Shown here piece by piece: positions 1 through 9,262 of a DNA stretch of 64,000 nucleotides (positions within the stretch are counted from its first letter, which is position 1; every line of letters starts with the position of its first letter). Source of the DNA: an uncultured virus (IMG/VR IMGVR_UViG_3300042400_001601) (lineage: Duplodnaviria; Heunggongvirae; Uroviricota; Caudoviricetes). Where the stretch lies: the IMG/VR virus record IMGVR_UViG_3300042400_001601; one strand, 5' to 3'. The notes below the pieces were generated by a model that did no database searches, had not been told where the DNA came from, and saw nothing but the letters and a program-made list of their open reading frames with translations. The position numbers and the translations under genes were made by a program.

Positions 1-44
1 TTTCTTGAGTCGGTATTCAGCCAATAAATGTCCTTGTTAGTCAT
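1..44 (-). CDS. nrdA: Ribonucleotide reductase alpha subunit, N-terminus only (runs off window)
   Basis: Manual translation from ATG at 44: MTNKDIYWLNTDSR..., resembling the 'YWLN..SR' start of NrdA; directly downstream of nrdB on the same strand. Confidence 0.65.
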   Translation of the reverse strand, partial: MTNKDIYWLNTDSR

Positions 45-75
45 AAAGCGTAAATTCTACTTATAACCGGTTTAA

Positions 76-1047
76 TTAAAATATATCGTCTTCTGAAAAG
101 CTTTGAGACTTTTTTGAATACTCGACAGGGCGAGAGTGAAAGAAGTCGGTCATATTATTACCGAGAAGCTCTTCATTGAACCATTGCGTCTCTTTAAGCA
201 GTTTAGGGTCTGTATCAAAGGCCGCAGGAAAGTTAACTCCGCGGAGAGATTCATTAATACGGTCCTTAATAAACTCTTTAAGGTGGGCGGCAGTAAGACC
301 TTCTTCCTTCACGCCATTGACCATCCAGTCAACAATCTTAGCTTCACTATTATAAGCTTCAATTGCTTCAGACAAAATTCTCTCTTCAAGCTCCTTATCA
401 AAGAGTTCTGGGTACTCTTCTCTAATGGTGTTAATAATCTTCATACCAACAAGAGCGTGTATGTTTTCTTCGTTGCGCGTGTACTTAACTTGCTGGTCGG
501 TGTCTTTGAGAACATTTTTATTACGCGCGAACCAGTTAATAATATAAAACTGGCTCATTAGCGAAACGTTCTCTACGAAAAGCGTAAAGAGAATAATCGC
601 ATAAAGGTATTGCTTTCTAGAATCCTTATAATATCGATGTGTGTACTTCTTGAGATACTTTACACGTCCCTGAATCCATTCAAGCTTAAGATTTTCTTCA
701 AATACATCTTCTAGCTCAAGCACGGTGAGAAGTCTTTCATAAGCGTTATTATGAATGACTTCTGTATTAGCCATAACATATCCAAGATCTTGTAAAGCAG
801 GGTGCGGGAGATTTTCCCCAAGCTTAGCCCAGAAGGTCTTTACTGCGACCTCTATTTGCCCAATAGCTGATAGAGTACGAATAATGATCTCTCTTTCTTG
901 TTCAGTAAGATTAACCTTAAACTGCTGTACGTCGGATTTAAAACTGAATTCTTTATCAGTCCAGAAACCATTATGCATGGATTCAATAAAATCTTCGGTC
1001 CAGGGATAGCGATTAGGCTTACGAGAGATCTGTTCGTCGAAAATCAT
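76..1047 (-). CDS. nrdB: Ribonucleotide reductase class I beta subunit
   Basis: Di-iron motifs EVIHNNAY (radical Tyr), FVENVSL, NEENIH; C-terminal DFFHSRPVEYSK. Confidence 0.95.
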   Translation of the reverse strand: MIFDEQISRKPNRYPWTEDFIESMHNGFWTDKEFSFKSDVQQFKVNLTEQEREIIIRTLSAIGQIEVAVKTFWAKLGENLPHPALQDLGYVMANTEVIHNNAYERLLTVLELEDVFEENLKLEWIQGRVKYLKKYTHRYYKDSRKQYLYAIILFTLFVENVSLMSQFYIINWFARNKNVLKDTDQQVKYTRNEENIHALVGMKIINTIREEYPELFDKELEERILSEAIEAYNSEAKIVDWMVNGVKEEGLTAAHLKEFIKDRINESLRGVNFPAAFDTDPKLLKETQWFNEELLGNNMTDFFHSRPVEYSKKSQSFSEDDIF

Positions 1048-1119
1048 AGGTATATTATTTAGAATAGTGTATACTCTTTTTTCTTATTTTCTCGGTTCAA
1101 AATAACTTTTCTAATTATT

Positions 1120-1890
1120 TCATTTTGAGTTACTATACAGATTTAGCTTTTTAACAATGAATTTTACAATTTCACTACGAACTATATCCTCTTCTGTAAG
1201 ATAAAAAACATGAATACCTTGTTTACGACTTTCTTCATCGTTAAACACATTACACATTTTTTCAAAACCTGACTTACCATTAATATCTGATTGCATAGGA
1301 TCACCACAAACAAAAAGTTTACTGAAATGTCCTACACGAGTTAAAAGAGTGGTAAGTTCTTTAAACGTACTGTTTTGAGCTTCATCCATTATAATGCCTT
1401 TAGCATTCCAGCTTAAACCGCGAAGATACCCTGTAGGTTTGCCGTCTATCCGTTTTTCTTTTATCAATGCATTGACATCTGCTGCAAATAAAAGCTCATC
1501 CAATTTTTCCATTAGTGGCTCAAGATACGGGGTCAATTTTTCTTCAGCATTACCGGGAAGATACCCAAGTTTGTTGTCGCTACTTTCTACTATACTGCGT
1601 ATGTATATTAAATCACTAACTTTTTTAAGATTCATTAGCTCAAGTACAGCTAAAGTAGCTAAAAAGCTTTTACTGCTTCCAGATGGGCCTGAAAGAAATA
1701 TAACTTTAGTATTATTATCTAAAGCTAATTTGAGGAAGTCTTTTTGTTTGTTTGTTAAATCCGGTCTTTGTCGTATAGTTACCGGTCTTTCTAGTTTTTG
1801 GGCCTGATGGACTATTGGACTTTTGTCTTTGGCATTTTCGTTATTGTGAGCTTGTTGTTTCTGTTTCTGTAAACGTTTTTTCTTACTCAT
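1120..1890 (-). CDS. phoH: PhoH-family ATPase
   Basis: GPSGSSKS P-loop, LGYLPG, YLRGLS, IMDEAQN, GDPMQSD, DIVRS motifs. Confidence 0.95.
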   Translation of the reverse strand: MSKKKRLQKQKQQAHNNENAKDKSPIVHQAQKLERPVTIRQRPDLTNKQKDFLKLALDNNTKVIFLSGPSGSSKSFLATLAVLELMNLKKVSDLIYIRSIVESSDNKLGYLPGNAEEKLTPYLEPLMEKLDELLFAADVNALIKEKRIDGKPTGYLRGLSWNAKGIIMDEAQNSTFKELTTLLTRVGHFSKLFVCGDPMQSDINGKSGFEKMCNVFNDEESRKQGIHVFYLTEEDIVRSEIVKFIVKKLNLYSNSK

Positions 1891-1925
1891 CTATTTATAT
1901 TTACTAATAAAGATAAATAATATAT

Positions 1926-2237
1926 ATGTTTAAAAAATTTGATGCTAAAGTTAATAATCTTTTAAAAGAGTTTACAGAGTCTTTTCCAGTGGAAGTACAA
2001 GAAAAGAAAGGGGCTCGCTGTACTAAGGCAACCGGGCAGCAAACATCGACTCGCTCAGATAAAAAATATATGCGCTGTACTCGCGTAGGGGGTAAACTTA
2101 AAAGAGTACATTACGGAGATCCTAATTTACGTATTAAAAAATCGAATCCTAAAAAGCGTAACGCGTTTAGAAAACGTCACAAATGTTCTACTGCTAAACC
2201 TGGCACTCCGAAATTCTTTAGTTGCAAAAACTGGTAA
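1926..2237 (+). CDS. Basic hypothetical protein, probable internal head protein
   Basis: 103 aa Lys/Arg-rich ORF; N-terminus MFKKFDAKVNNLLKE; TAAATA at 1914-1919. Confidence 0.6.
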   Translation: MFKKFDAKVNNLLKEFTESFPVEVQEKKGARCTKATGQQTSTRSDKKYMRCTRVGGKLKRVHYGDPNLRIKKSNPKKRNAFRKRHKCSTAKPGTPKFFSCKNW

Positions 2238-2256
2238 CCTATTTTAAAATAGGTAT

Positions 2257-3354
2257 ATGTATGATTACCTGATTGTTGGTTCAGGTTTATTTGGTTCTAC
2301 GTTTGCATATGAAGCAACAAAACGTGGTAAATCTTGTATTGTTTTAGAAAAGCGAGCACATATAGGCGGTAATGTATATACACGAGAAGATAGTGGTATA
2401 CATATACATGAGTATGGCATACACGTGTTTCATACTTCTAATAAAGAGATTTGGGATTATGTAAATCAGTTTGCTAAATTTAATAATTTTATTAACAGGC
2501 CCCGGGTAAGTTATAAAAATAAAATATACTCGTTTCCTATTAATCTTCTTACTTTACATCAACTCTGGAAAGTTAATACGCCAGAAGAAGCAATAAATAA
2601 GCTTAATGACAGTAAGATTAAAATTGATAACCCCTCTAATTTAGAAGAGTGGTGCTTGTCTGAAATCGGTACAGAATTATATGAAACTTTTATTAAAGGC
2701 TACACGCAGAAACAGTGGATGACTGATCCTAAAAATTTGCCTACTTTTATAATTAAACGCATACCTATACGTACAAACTTTGATGATAATTATTATTTTG
2801 ATACATATCAAGGCGTACCGGAAGGTGGCTATACTCAAATATTTGAAAAAATGCTTTACGGTTCGTGTGTATTACTTAATACAGACTATTTTGCTAACAA
2901 AACTATGTGGGATGCCCACGCTAAAAAAGTTATCTATACTGGCCCTATAGACGAGTATTTCAACTATTGTTATGGAGACTTAGATTATCGCACAACTAAA
3001 TTCGAACATATAAAGTTAGACAAGGTTAAAGACTATCAAGGGGTAGCACAAGTAAACTATACAGACTTAGAAACCCCATATACTCGAATTATTGAGCATA
3101 AGCACTTTGAATTTGGTAAACAGGATTATACAGTTATAACAAAAGAGTACCCTGATGAGTGGTGTAGATCTAAAATACCCTACTACCCAATTAATAATGG
3201 AAAAAACAATGCTCTTTATAAAAAATATAAAGAACGGGCTGACCAAGAAAAGAATATAATTTTTGGCGGTCGTTTAGCTGAATATAGATATTACGATATG
3301 CATCAGGTTATAGGGGCCGCGTTGCATTTAGCTAAACAAGAACTTGATAAATAA
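2257..3354 (+). CDS. glf: UDP-galactopyranose mutase
   Basis: YDYLIVGSGLFG FAD motif, HIGGN, HEYGIHVFH, PYYP, GRLAEYRYYDMHQ. Confidence 0.95.
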   Translation: MYDYLIVGSGLFGSTFAYEATKRGKSCIVLEKRAHIGGNVYTREDSGIHIHEYGIHVFHTSNKEIWDYVNQFAKFNNFINRPRVSYKNKIYSFPINLLTLHQLWKVNTPEEAINKLNDSKIKIDNPSNLEEWCLSEIGTELYETFIKGYTQKQWMTDPKNLPTFIIKRIPIRTNFDDNYYFDTYQGVPEGGYTQIFEKMLYGSCVLLNTDYFANKTMWDAHAKKVIYTGPIDEYFNYCYGDLDYRTTKFEHIKLDKVKDYQGVAQVNYTDLETPYTRIIEHKHFEFGKQDYTVITKEYPDEWCRSKIPYYPINNGKNNALYKKYKERADQEKNIIFGGRLAEYRYYDMHQVIGAALHLAKQELDK

Positions 3355-3386
3355 GAAACCCGCCCATTTCTGGGCGGGTTCTTTTT
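3355..3386. terminator. Probably bidirectional intrinsic terminator between convergent glf and gp23
   Basis: Stem AACCCGCCCA (3357-3366)/TGGGCGGGTT (3371-3380), flanked by A-rich and T-rich tracts. Confidence 0.85.
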
Positions 3387-3411
3387 AAAACACCTCTTAG
3401 GTGTAGTATTC

Positions 3412-4860
3412 TTAGAGGAATACTGACTGCGTACCTGGTGTGAAGGATGTACCTAGACCAGTTACAATGATGAGGTGGTAATAGAGGTTTGCACCAAAGA
3501 TGTGGTCAATGACGCCGTAACGGGTCATTAAGCCTACACGTGGAGCAAAGTCATTAGGACCGATGGTGCGTTGTACCAATACTGGGATGTATGGGCAGTA
3601 AACGATACCAGTGTCATAATACTCAGTACCCTTGTAGCCGAGAAGTGCATACTCAAGAACAGTACCGCGGGTACCTACTTGGTATTGAGCTTCAGTGCGT
3701 GTATCGCGGTAAACGTTGAAACGTCCGCCTACGGTACCAACCTTAGCGATGCCAACAGGTTGTGTGTTGACATTGCCTTGTACTGGGAACCATTGGAACT
3801 CAGGAAGCATTTCAAGCATTGCGCAAACACGTGGGGTAGCAACGATGAAGTTTGCAGCGCCACGACGGTTACGGATAGCAACGCGATTTGCCTCAACGAT
3901 TAAGCGGGCATAGAAGTCGCGATTGCGCTCACCTAACCAACGGCCGTCAGCAGAAACTGGAGACCATACTGAGTAACCCTGACCAAAGCCTGCATTGATT
4001 GCAACTTGGCACATACGGATTACCATTTCACGGTCAATTTCAGCCTGAATTTCGTAGCTCATTGCGTTTGTGAGCTCGTTATCGATGTCGATACCGTTCA
4101 TGTTCTTGAGGTCTTGCTCAAGTTCGACGGACCAACGAGCTGCTAGACGACGGGTACCAGCTTCAACTGCTGTCTTTTCGAAAGCTACAACCATCTGTGG
4201 GATGTTTGAGCTTAATTCGAAGTTAGCAAGAAGATTTGCTACACCCTGGTCGTTTCCAACGATGTTGAAGGCTTCGGAACCGGTGATTGCTGTTGCACCA
4301 CCTGAGAGCCAGCTTGCGGATGTACCGGTAAAGCGGGTGTTAAGGTAGTTCCAACCTACTTCAGTTCCATCAGATGCTACTGTCCAACCCTGTGGGGTAT
4401 TGGAAGCGGCACCGTAAGCGCCGTCTGGACTTGTTGCACCGAGAGGATCTGACTCGTACTTATAGCGGAGAGCGAAGGCTAGGCCTACTGGACCGCTCAT
4501 TGGCTGTACACCTACGATTTCGTTGGTGATAAGCTCTGGGAAAGTACGACGGATCATCGGGATGAGGATCTTTGGTAGGCGAGCGTCACCAGTAGCGTAG
4601 AAGTCGCTAGATGGTCTACCACCAAAGCCCATGGAAGCTGTACTACCGAATACGCCACCGGCGCCTGCAGTGTTACTTGCTTCGTTTAAGCACCACTGCT
4701 CTTGGTTCTCAAGAAGAATGGCGGTATTTAGACGTGTGTGATCGTCCTTGATTGCTGGAGTTGCTTCATCAGCATGATCGAGCAACGGGGCCCACTTTTT
4801 GAGAAGGCTTGCGGCACGATCTTGATTGATGTAAGATTGTGAAGGTTTAACTTGTTTCAT
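3412..4860 (-). CDS. gp23: T4-like major capsid protein
   Basis: KWAPLLD, LLENQE, GVQPMSGPVGLAFALR, WSVELEQDLK, EIQAEIDRE, YCPYIP motifs. Confidence 0.97.
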   Translation of the reverse strand: MKQVKPSQSYINQDRAASLLKKWAPLLDHADEATPAIKDDHTRLNTAILLENQEQWCLNEASNTAGAGGVFGSTASMGFGGRPSSDFYATGDARLPKILIPMIRRTFPELITNEIVGVQPMSGPVGLAFALRYKYESDPLGATSPDGAYGAASNTPQGWTVASDGTEVGWNYLNTRFTGTSASWLSGGATAITGSEAFNIVGNDQGVANLLANFELSSNIPQMVVAFEKTAVEAGTRRLAARWSVELEQDLKNMNGIDIDNELTNAMSYEIQAEIDREMVIRMCQVAINAGFGQGYSVWSPVSADGRWLGERNRDFYARLIVEANRVAIRNRRGAANFIVATPRVCAMLEMLPEFQWFPVQGNVNTQPVGIAKVGTVGGRFNVYRDTRTEAQYQVGTRGTVLEYALLGYKGTEYYDTGIVYCPYIPVLVQRTIGPNDFAPRVGLMTRYGVIDHIFGANLYYHLIIVTGLGTSFTPGTQSVFL

Positions 4861-4932
4861 AACTAAATGTTTGTTTTAACTGACATACCTCAAGTACTTG
4901 ACAGTACTTCAACGTTTGAAATAATACTTATT

Positions 4933-4961
4933 AAAAAAGCCCTCATTTCTGAGGGCTTTTT
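4933..4961 (-). terminator. Intrinsic terminator after gp22
   Basis: AAAAAAGCCCTCA-TTTC-TGAGGGCTTTTT hairpin; a TAAGTA (minus strand, 4925-4930) follows it upstream of gp23. Confidence 0.8.
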
Positions 4962-4982
4962 GCAACTTTTTTATTTAGCTTT

Positions 4983-5930
4983 TTAATAAAGCTTTTTAGT
5001 CAATTCGCTTACGTAGGCTTTTGCAACGAAATCCGCTCCATCAACGTCAGCGGAAGAAAAAGACTTAGATTCGTTAAGTGTTTCTTTCTTTTCAGTACCT
5101 ACATCTACACCTTTCGACTTTGGTGAGGTGGATTCTCTAAGAACCTCAACATCGTCGGATTCTTTCTTATCGTACATTTCAGATACGTAATTAAAGTTTT
5201 CTTTAATTGAACTTAAAGACTTTTCAGAAAGAACACGTTGCATATACTCTTTCTTAGCAGCTGGGAAGTTTTCAAGTTTCTTTTCTAAGAAAAGATTCTT
5301 TTCAGCAACTGCAGCCTTCTCAGTAATAAGTTTAAGTTGTTTTTCGACTTCAGATGTTCTAACATTAGCTTCGTCAATCTGCTTCTTTCCGTCTAGTAGA
5401 GCTTCTTTAATACTTTCGTTTACAAATTCATCACTTAATCCTACAAGGCGCTTTACTTCATTTACAATTTTACGGGAACGAGCATTTTCAGTAGCTTCAC
5501 GAATTTGCTCGGCAGGAATAGCTTTATCAATATAAAGATCGATATAATTTGAAAGCTGTTCAACTAATGTATTCTTAAACTGCTCAGCTTCATTCTTAAG
5601 GGCATTTTCATAGAGCTTTACAAGCTTTACTAGCTTTACACTATGGGTTTCGTCGAGAGTCTGCATAACATGCTGGAACTTAGCAGCATGAGATTCATCA
5701 ATACGCGCCACAATTTTATCTAACTTCTCAGTATGATCGGCATCAATGGCTTCTAATACCTTTTCAAGTTTATTTGCATACTCTTCGTCTTGCTTAACAA
5801 GGGCTGATTCAACGGCTAGTTGTACCTTTTCTTCAGCTTTCTTTTCTACAGCTTCAGCAATGGCCTTGAGGCTTTCCTCGGATAAAAGGTCCTTAGTTGC
5901 TTCCTTTAAAAGATTGGTGATGTCGTTCAT
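4983..5930 (-). CDS. gp22: Prohead core scaffolding protein
   Basis: Acidic coiled-coil protein between the protease and capsid genes; LSNYIDLY motif. Confidence 0.85.
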   Translation of the reverse strand: MNDITNLLKEATKDLLSEESLKAIAEAVEKKAEEKVQLAVESALVKQDEEYANKLEKVLEAIDADHTEKLDKIVARIDESHAAKFQHVMQTLDETHSVKLVKLVKLYENALKNEAEQFKNTLVEQLSNYIDLYIDKAIPAEQIREATENARSRKIVNEVKRLVGLSDEFVNESIKEALLDGKKQIDEANVRTSEVEKQLKLITEKAAVAEKNLFLEKKLENFPAAKKEYMQRVLSEKSLSSIKENFNYVSEMYDKKESDDVEVLRESTSPKSKGVDVGTEKKETLNESKSFSSADVDGADFVAKAYVSELTKKLY

Positions 5931-5976
5931 ATGGTATAGAATTATTTATGGAAACCGGGCTTAGTTTACAATATGT

Positions 5977-6129
5977 TTACTTATTATTTGTAAGTTTAGA
6001 GTTAGCGGTTTGTATACGAGCCTTTAATTTTTCATTAACAACCGCGGATAAAAAATTATTAGCTTCCTTAAAGTTATTGTTTGATACACTTTGTACAAAC
6101 TTAATGATATTAGCTTTTTGTTGGTTCAT
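5977..6129 (-). CDS. Small prohead core protein (gp67/gp68-like), 50 aa, not in ORF track
   Basis: Manual translation MNQQKANIIKFVQSVSNNNFKEANNFLSAVVNEKLKARIQTANSKLTNNK; sits between gp21 and gp22. Confidence 0.6.
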   Translation of the reverse strand: MNQQKANIIKFVQSVSNNNFKEANNFLSAVVNEKLKARIQTANSKLTNNK

Positions 6130-6130
6130 A

Positions 6131-6790
6131 TTACTTTAAACTGTTAATAAACTTAAGAATGTTTTCTCTTAAATACATATCTACGTCTTTACGTGGTAAT
6201 TTAGAAAGAGCGGTTTCGAGCTTATCGTATACTTCTTCAAACCTACCGTCGGTACTAATGATAAAGCTTTTTGACTCTAAAATACCATTAACAAATGCGC
6301 CCGGAGCGGAAGGATCAGCTACCGCATCAACGCAAATAAGTTTCATATTTTTGACGTAGTTAACTCCTCCCTTGTCTTCTAGTTGGCCTAATGCTCGAGA
6401 AGACATACCCATTTTAACACCGTCAAGAATTAAAGATCTCATTATTTCGCCCATTGGGGTGCGAAGTATTTTACTTTTACCTTTAACAATATTATCATCC
6501 ATTCTGAGCTCGGTTACCATATGACATGCGCGTTCGCTGTTTACTGTTGCGCTTTGTGGATGCTCAAGTTCTCCTAACGCGCGGTTTTTAGTGACGAATT
6601 CTTCATTATATCTAGCTACTTCTTTAGCCATTTCATCTCTACTATAAATACGATTGTTGCGGTTTTTTTCATCAGCAACCATATATACACCCGTGATGTA
6701 TATATTAGAAGGCTTGTCCTTATTACCTTCTTCAATAAGAACGTCCAATCCTTCAGTAATAGGGGTTTGAGTAATGAGTTTTAAAACCAT
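6131..6790 (-). CDS. gp21: Prohead protease
   Basis: KNRNNRIY, ALGELEHP, GMSSRALG, DAVADPSAPGA; ATG at 6790. Confidence 0.95.
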   Translation of the reverse strand: MVLKLITQTPITEGLDVLIEEGNKDKPSNIYITGVYMVADEKNRNNRIYSRDEMAKEVARYNEEFVTKNRALGELEHPQSATVNSERACHMVTELRMDDNIVKGKSKILRTPMGEIMRSLILDGVKMGMSSRALGQLEDKGGVNYVKNMKLICVDAVADPSAPGAFVNGILESKSFIISTDGRFEEVYDKLETALSKLPRKDVDMYLRENILKFINSLK

Positions 6791-6846
6791 CAATATTATT
6801 TAGTCAAATTATTGCATTTTCTATGTAGTTTTGTATAATATTGACA

Positions 6847-7902
6847 ATGATAGCAGAAAACGTGACCGCTACAGTTTCTACAAAAGGTCGTTTTAATACT
6901 ACTTTGCCTCTAGTGTTGACGTCGCTTGCAAACCAAACCGTAAAGCCGAGTACGCTGTTTATTTACGATGATAATCCAACTCTAGAGGATTTGCGAAATA
7001 ACGATATATACAAAAATTTATTTACCCTTTTAAATAGAGTCGGTATTAATTGGGAAGTAAAAGTAGGCGGTAGAGTAGGTCAAGTAATTAACCATAACCG
7101 TGCTTTGGAAGAAGTAAAAACAGATTGGATATGGCGGTTAGATGATGATAATATAATGGAAGCTAATACTTTACAAAGATTAAGCGAGTTTGCGTTCAAT
7201 AATACTAAAATTGGCGCAGTAGGACCATTAATACTAGATCCTAAGAATACTTTTGCATATAGCGCATTAGGTTCTAACAAAATAGAAGATATTTTTATAG
7301 GTTTAAATATCCAGTGGATGGAAAAGCATGCTCAGAAAGTAATAGATGTTGATCACTTGCAAGGTAGTACGTTTTTGTTTCGTAAAGAAGCTGGTAAGCA
7401 TGGATATGACTCTAGATTGTCTAAAGTAGGTCACAGAGAAGAAACAATTTTTACCCATGAAATGAAAAGAGCTGGTTGGAGATTGTCAGTATTAACTGAC
7501 GTAAAAACATGGCATATGCGGTACGGAGCAGGGGGTATACGCAGTCAAAATGAAGCTAAGTTTTTTGAACAAGATGAAAAAGTATTTTATGAGTATTTAA
7601 AAAAATGGAAAGTGCCTATAGCTAAGATTAAAGTAATACCTCTAGATGGCGGTATAGGAGATCACTATGCATTCCGTTCAACTGCACTACCTGCAATAAA
7701 GAAAAAATATTTCGATCATAGAATTATTATTGGAGCATGCTATCCTGAAATATTTGAAGAAGATGTAGGAATTGAAATTGTTAGTTTAGCTGAATCTTGT
7801 ATGTTGGTTAATAAGGATGAAAATAATATTTACGCTTGGATGGACAAGCATAATTGGAGTAAAACATTGGGGGAAGCATATAAAACAAAATACACTTCAT
7901 GA
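6847..7902 (+). CDS. GT2 glycosyltransferase fused to a GT9 N-terminal domain
   Basis: WRLDDD DXD-like motif, GHREET; C-terminal GGIGDH motif typical of the GT9 N-lobe; TTGCAT...TATAAT (6812-6839) upstream. Confidence 0.8.
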   Translation: MIAENVTATVSTKGRFNTTLPLVLTSLANQTVKPSTLFIYDDNPTLEDLRNNDIYKNLFTLLNRVGINWEVKVGGRVGQVINHNRALEEVKTDWIWRLDDDNIMEANTLQRLSEFAFNNTKIGAVGPLILDPKNTFAYSALGSNKIEDIFIGLNIQWMEKHAQKVIDVDHLQGSTFLFRKEAGKHGYDSRLSKVGHREETIFTHEMKRAGWRLSVLTDVKTWHMRYGAGGIRSQNEAKFFEQDEKVFYEYLKKWKVPIAKIKVIPLDGGIGDHYAFRSTALPAIKKKYFDHRIIIGACYPEIFEEDVGIEIVSLAESCMLVNKDENNIYAWMDKHNWSKTLGEAYKTKYTS

Positions 7903-8369
7903 AAACAGTTTTGATAAGCCCATACGCGCAACTACTACGAAACGGAAAAGAGAATCCAAAAAACTTTCCTTATTGGATTGAATTAGTTTCGTTATTAAAC
8001 AATAGTGGTTTAAAGTTAATACAAATAGGTGCTAATAAAGACAATTCTATACCAGGTATAATGGATTTCAGGCAAGAGTTAAAATTATCTCAAATAAGAA
8101 AAATTTTAGAAGAATGTGATACATGGATTTCAGTTGATAGCTTTTTACAGCATATGAACCATAATTATAACCGCAAACAAGGGGTTGTAATATTTTCTCA
8201 GTCTAATCCTGACATATTTGGATATAAAGAAAACATTAATTTACTTAAACATAAAAAATATCTAAGAGAGAAGCAATTTTGGCTGTGGGAACAATGCGAA
8301 TACAATAAAGACGCGTTTGTTACTGCTGAAGCCGTGCATGCTGCAGTATTAAAAGTATTACGGATGTAG
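7899..8369 (+). CDS. GT9 (heptosyltransferase-like) C-terminal domain protein
   Basis: KNFPYW, LIQIG, WISVDSFLQH motifs; 4-nt overlap with upstream ORF. Confidence 0.8.
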   Translation: MKTVLISPYAQLLRNGKENPKNFPYWIELVSLLNNSGLKLIQIGANKDNSIPGIMDFRQELKLSQIRKILEECDTWISVDSFLQHMNHNYNRKQGVVIFSQSNPDIFGYKENINLLKHKKYLREKQFWLWEQCEYNKDAFVTAEAVHAAVLKVLRM

Positions 8370-8383
8370 TAAATATTGTAGAT

Positions 8384-9262
8384 ATGGCGACGAATACTAT
8401 TGGCCCTTCTGCATTTTTATCTACAAATTTAAACTCTCGCATAACATCATATGATTTGCTTGCTGAAAGAATATTTTTTCAGCTAGGGGCGCCATTAATT
8501 AATTTAGAAGTAGCTTGTGTCGCTACATATGACTCTATTGCATATGCCTGTGAAATGTACTCTCGATTTGTGCCAGGCACAGAAGAGCTTTTAGTGTTTA
8601 GTAGTGATTTGTACACTTACGGGAAAGGTATAAAGATAGATACATTAATAAACAGTACTTTAAACCCGGAAGTTTCGGCTTTGAGTTCTACTTTTCAGTC
8701 TGGCTGGGATCAAGATTTAGAGACATGGAGAAAAGTACAAGACGTTACTTCTTTCTCTGTAGGCACTAATGAAGGTGTTAATACCCTGTTTACAATAGAA
8801 CAATCATTAGCTCAACAAATGCATTTTGCGTACTCTTTAGGTAGTAAAGCATTTGATGTAATTTCGTGGCATATCTTAAAAGACTGGCTGAAGACACGTG
8901 AAAAAGTCTTCGCGATGCAACCTTATTTTAGATTTGATCCACGTACTCAAGTATTACGTATTACTCCAGATCCTGCTGCGCGAGGGAAAGACCGTTATTG
9001 GGCTATAATTGCATGCAAATTAGAGCGTCCTATTAAAGATCTAGTAAAAGAACGCTGGGTGTTTGAATATGCTAAAGCTTTAGTTAAAATATCACTAGCT
9101 AATACGCGCGGTAAGTATCAAGGTACTGCATTATTTGGTTCAGGTACTATAGCCTATCAGGACTTAATGTCTCAGGGTACTACTGAGAAAAAAGAATTAG
9201 AAGAACAGTTATTGAACGGCAAACAAGAAGATCAAGAGCCTCCAATGTTCTTTATGGGGTAA
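8384..9262 (+). CDS. gp13: Neck protein, T4 gp13-like
   Basis: QLGAPLINLEV and WVFEYAKALVK...RGKY...G motifs of T4-type gp13. Confidence 0.85.
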   Translation: MATNTIGPSAFLSTNLNSRITSYDLLAERIFFQLGAPLINLEVACVATYDSIAYACEMYSRFVPGTEELLVFSSDLYTYGKGIKIDTLINSTLNPEVSALSSTFQSGWDQDLETWRKVQDVTSFSVGTNEGVNTLFTIEQSLAQQMHFAYSLGSKAFDVISWHILKDWLKTREKVFAMQPYFRFDPRTQVLRITPDPAARGKDRYWAIIACKLERPIKDLVKERWVFEYAKALVKISLANTRGKYQGTALFGSGTIAYQDLMSQGTTEKKELEEQLLNGKQEDQEPPMFFMG

